From Octopus vulgaris (Eukaryota), in NCBI GenBank assembly GCA_951406725.2, contig OX597830.1:55428001-55492000 (forward strand): a DNA stretch of 64,000 nt. Direction: 5' to 3'. Positions 59,226 to 64,000 of this stretch are shown here, piece by piece; the first letter of the stretch is position 1, and each line of letters starts with the position of its first letter. The position numbers and the translations under genes are program-made. The notes below the pieces were generated by a model that saw only the letters and a list, made by a program, of their open reading frames with translations, ran no database searches and was not told the DNA's origin.

Positions 59226-59659
59226 CAGGTATAAATGATATAAAAGAACATTCATACAAATTTATACATAATCACGCACACGCATACACATATACGTCCA
59301 CACATACATAATTAGCTGAACAGTTGAATAAAAAACCTTTTAAATGCAAAAGAAGCAGTACTAGATTAAAATAGTCATCTGTGTATCATATTTAATGCAG
59401 ATACATCGTGAAAGGCAGACTAACTGCAGCATTATAATACCTTTTAAGAACATACTGTGTTTAAAAAGACAAATACATCGATAGCAGACGAAAGTCGATC
59501 AGCAGCGGGGGTAAGAACCCATTATGTATTTATATATGCATGTATGTATGCATGTATGAATGTATGTATGAGTCTGTGTGTATGTATCAGTTGTTCCTTT
59601 ATTCTACATTCTACAATTTTCCATATCTCACGGCATCTGATAACAGATAAACCGGATGA

Positions 59660-59694
<35 letters not shown>

Positions 59695-59752
59695 ACTCCC
59701 TTCCTCTCCAACATATCCTCTCACTTTTCCTTTCTTTCCTTCTTCCATGGTT

Positions 59753-59784
<32 letters not shown>

Positions 59785-59907
59785 TGTCTCTCACTCTCTC
59801 TCACACACACACACACACATATTATTGTCCTCATACCTTTTCCATTTCTCTGCCTGTCTCCTTCTTTCTGTATCTCTCTTTCTCTCCGTCATCTCTCTCA
59901 CTCTCCC

Positions 59908-59960
<53 letters not shown>

Positions 59961-60434
59961 TGATATATATATATATATATATATAGCTATCTCTCTAGCT
60001 CCACAAACCGTTCAATTATTCACTAAAATTTCGGCATTCTTTAAATAATTGCTGCCATCTTTAAGTCTTCCAGCCTGTTATTTCCCACAGCTGCCCACTT
60101 ACACCCCTCCCCAGTTTCATCCACAGCCCCCCCCCCCACCGGCCCCATTTTTGCCATTTAGGGATTCCTTACTTGATTAGAAACTGGCAAACAATTTCAA
60201 ACTAAAACAAAAAACAGCCCCCTTCCCTCTCTCTCTCTCTCTCTCCCTCTCTCTCTTTCCCTCTCTTATTCATAATCCCCCTCTCTCTCTCTCTCTCTCT
60301 CTCCCTCTGCCTCTCTCCCTTACTTCCTATTTCGCTTTCTCTCTATCTTTCATAAATATATACACTCACACTCATACACGCACTCCTGTCATATACACAC
60401 ATACATCCACATTCTCTCTCTCTCCTCTCTCTCT

Positions 60435-60473
<39 letters not shown>

Positions 60474-61139
60474 GCATTCATACACTCTTTCGCTCTTTCA
60501 CCCTCACGCTTTCTTTCTTACACAAACTCAAAATTTCTCTCCCTAACACACGCACACGCAATCACACACATACACACACACTAACACACAAACATACAAA
60601 CACATAAACACACACACTCTCTCTCTCTCTCTCCCTCCCTTTCTCTCATACACTCTTATACACACATTCTCGCTCTCTCACACACACGCATGCATTCTCA
60701 TGCACGCACTCTATTTCACACACACACACACGCACGCGCGCACACCCACGCACACACGCATACACACACACACACACACTCACACATTCTCACACACACC
60801 ACCACTACCTCTACCCGCCTCTGTAAAAAACAAAACCCATATTTGAGATTCAACTTATCTCTTAAATTAGACATTGGACTAAAGACACGATTTTAGTTTA
60901 CTTAAAGTAACCAAGTAGTAGTAGTAGCAGTAGCAGTGGTGATAGTAGTAGTAGTAGTAGTAGTAGTGGTTGTGGTGATGGTGGTGGTGGTGGTGGTGGT
61001 GGTGGTGGTGGTGGGATTCGTATTAGGATTGATGCTGATGGTACTAGCTGCAATCCGTAGTACAGCTTCCATCATCGTTGCAACATCTGTATCATTCTGT
61101 GTCACGTTGTGTATCGTGTCGTATTACGATGAGTATCAT

Positions 61140-61945
61140 GTTGTGTTACATATTCTGTAACATGCCGTGTTACATTTTATATCATCCTGTGTTGTACTGT
61201 GTATCATGTTGCGTTTTACTTTGCATGATGCCGTGTTGCACTTTATGTCATGTTGTGTTACACTTTGTATCACACAGTGTTATACCGTGGATTATGCCGT
61301 GTTACATTTTGTATCAGATTATGCTACACTTTATATGATGCCATGTTACACTTTGTATTATGTTGTGTTACACTTTGTATCACACAGTGTTATACCGTGT
61401 ATTATGCCGTGTTACATTTTGTATCAGATTAAGTTACACTTTATATGATGCCATGTTACACTTTGTATTATGTTGTGTTATACTTTGTATCACACAGTGT
61501 TATACCGTGGATTATGCCGTGTTACTTTTTGTATCAGATTAAGTTACACTTTATATGATGCCATGTTACACTTTGTATTATGCTGTGTTACACTTTGTAT
61601 CACACAGTGTTATACCGTGTATTATGCCGTGTTACATTTTGTATCAGATTAAGTTGCACTTTATATGATGCCATGTTACACTTTGTATTATGTTGTGTTA
61701 CACTTTGTATCACACAGTGTTATACCGTGGATTATGCCGTGTTACATTTTGTATCAGATTAAGTTACACTTTATATGATGCCATGTTGCACTTTGTATTA
61801 TGTTGTGTTACACTTTGTATCACACAGTGTTATACCGTGCATTATGCCGTGTTACTTTTTGTATCAGATCATGTTACACTTTATATGATGCCATGTTACA
61901 CTTTGTATTATGCTGTGTTATACTTTGTATCATACCGTGTTACAT
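61140..61945. repeat. 110-bp tandem satellite, about 6.5 units, built from five 22-bp subunits
   Basis: ORF starts recur at 61250, 61360, 61470, 61580, 61690 and 61800; the unit divides evenly into 22-mers containing gtta(c/t)a. Confidence 0.95.
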
Positions 61946-62160
61946 GTTGTATCACACTGTTTTGCATTCTATGTACCATTTATATTCTACCGTTATTCTA
62001 CTCGATCTAGTAAGATTGGTAACGGCAAAGTCCAACTTGGGGTAAAACGATGTAACGAAAATGGGCGGAATTAAAGAATACAAGGTATTTTGTTATTTAC
62101 TTCATAGATTTTGTTTCGCCGTTCCCCAAAAACACATACATGCGTACATAGACACACATC

Positions 62161-62299
<139 letters not shown>

Positions 62300-62300
62300 A

Positions 62301-62377
<77 letters not shown>

Positions 62378-62378
<1 letters not shown>

Positions 62379-62496
62379 TGGCCTGCTCGCTTAGCCAGCG
62401 GGGTGGCGTCATTTGAGGGCTAAAACAATGCGAAGCGCATTGTGACCAGCGATGTGTAGCAGTATCTGATAGCCTGGTCTATCACGTGACATGATG

Positions 62497-62500
<4 letters not shown>
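62378..62500 (+). mobile_element. Isolated SINE 3' part matching 42696-42780
   Basis: tcgcttagccagcggggtggcgtcatttgagggctaaaacaatgcgaagcgcattgtgaccagc. Confidence 0.75.
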
Positions 62501-62545
<45 letters not shown>

Positions 62546-62689
62546 GCATAGAACTACAGCAAGAACTCGAACCTAACACTCAGAAAACATCCAAAATAAA
62601 AAAATAAATAGAAATATAACACAATACCAAAAAAATATAAAACAAACAACGACAAAAAACTCACACACATACTCTGTGCACATACACAC

Positions 62690-63180
62690 ATGTATGTATG
62701 TATGTATGTATGTATGTATGTATGTATGTATGTATGTATGTATGTATGTATGTATGTATGTATGTATGTATGTATGTATGTATGTATGTATGTATGTATG
62801 TATGTATGTATGTATGTATGTATGTATGCATGCATGTATGTATGTATGTATGTATGTATGTATGTATGTATGTATGCATGTATGTATGCATGTATGTATG
62901 TATGTATGTATGTATGTATGTATGTATGTATGTATGTATGTATGTATGTATGTATGTATGTATGTATCCATGTATGTATGCATGTATGCATGTGTATGTA
63001 TGTATGTATGTATGTATGCATGTATGTATGTATGTATGTATGTGTGTATGTATGTATGCATGCATGTATGTATGTATGTATGTATGTATGTGTATTTATG
63101 TATGTGTGTATGTACGTATGTATGTATGTATGTATGTATGTATGTATGTATGTATGTATGTATGTATGTATGTATGTATG
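62690..63180. repeat. ~490-bp (TATG)n tract
   Basis: Visible. Confidence 0.95.
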
Positions 63181-63758
63181 AATGTTACAAATAAACGTCT
63201 AATAAAGAAAGAATGTGCTGCAAATAAATGTCTAATAACGAAAAGAAAATGAAGGAAGACAATAAAAACCGGAGCCTTGATTACAAACAAACATTATCTA
63301 CGTTACAACGTTGTCGTTTGGATTGAAATCTGTTTTCTATGCTTTCCACGTTTCGTAAGTTTTTCTAAGATTTGTGCTCCGAGCTTCCTATTCTTTTTTA
63401 TTGCTGGAAAATGGTACAAAATTTACCCGAAAACTGGTTAATTCTGTTGAATTAACCATTTCTACTAAAGAAATTTTCAAAGAAATTCCCATCTGAAATT
63501 AAACAAAGAAAACTTCCAACCAAAGTTTGAAGAAGGGAATTAAAGAATCAAGTTTCTGACGTTCCTATAATCTAATTTTACCTTTCTCATATGTTCTCAC
63601 TGTTTTTTCATTACGTCTTCATTTTCCTTGCACTCATTCTCTCTCTCTCTCTCTCTCTCTGTCTATTTTTCTCTTTGTCTCTGTCTCTCTTTCACTTTCT
63701 CTAACACTCCCTCTTTCTCTTTCTCTCTCACTCTTCCTCTTAATTTCCCTTCTCTCTC

Positions 63759-63795
<37 letters not shown>

Positions 63796-64000
63796 TCTTT
63801 GCTTTGGTTGATCCATTTTCGTGTACAGTTAACAATCTTATATTTTTCTTGTACAGCAATTTACATTTTATTTCTTATGGGTTTTTTTTGTTACAAATTC
63901 GCAGTCTCTGTAACCGCCACCATTATCATCAACAACAATAACACCAGCAACATAACAACCAACACCACTAACACCTTCAAAATAAACATCACCCACATCA

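Noticed and set aside
61140-61945. CRISPR-like periodicity
   Set aside because: No unique spacers, whole units repeat, and the context is eukaryotic with no cas genes.
63427-63515. Possible short minus-strand exon after gttttctttgtttaatttcag
   Set aside because: Short, unrecognisable peptide whose open frame is not phase-compatible with the 26223 candidate.

Overview
Eukaryotic, AT-rich, extremely microsatellite-dense DNA with no intact long ORF. The tRNA-derived SINE families and repeat landscape look like an octopus (cephalopod) genome; this rests on recalled repeat sequences, not a search. Almost all ORFs in the supplied track are artefacts of simple repeats. The non-repetitive sequence is mostly decayed mobile elements: three tRNA-SINE families, Tc1, mariner and pogo transposase relics, foldback elements, R4/Dong-like and CRE-like endonuclease fragments, and several Penelope-like (PLE) pieces with GIY-YIG motifs and inverted pseudo-LTRs. 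Highlights: (1) several minimal type I hammerhead ribozyme motifs, one apparently intact at 55402-55444 (-); (2) a 944-bp internally deleted LINE-like element inserted into a SINE with a 15-bp target-site duplication, whose 3' tail resembles the tail of another SINE family; (3) a tandem pair of ~520-bp non-coding elements in (TAA)n, the Dong-type target; (4) a palindromic mariner derivative; (5) a 5x22-bp higher-order satellite; (6) one candidate host exon at 25981-26223 (-).
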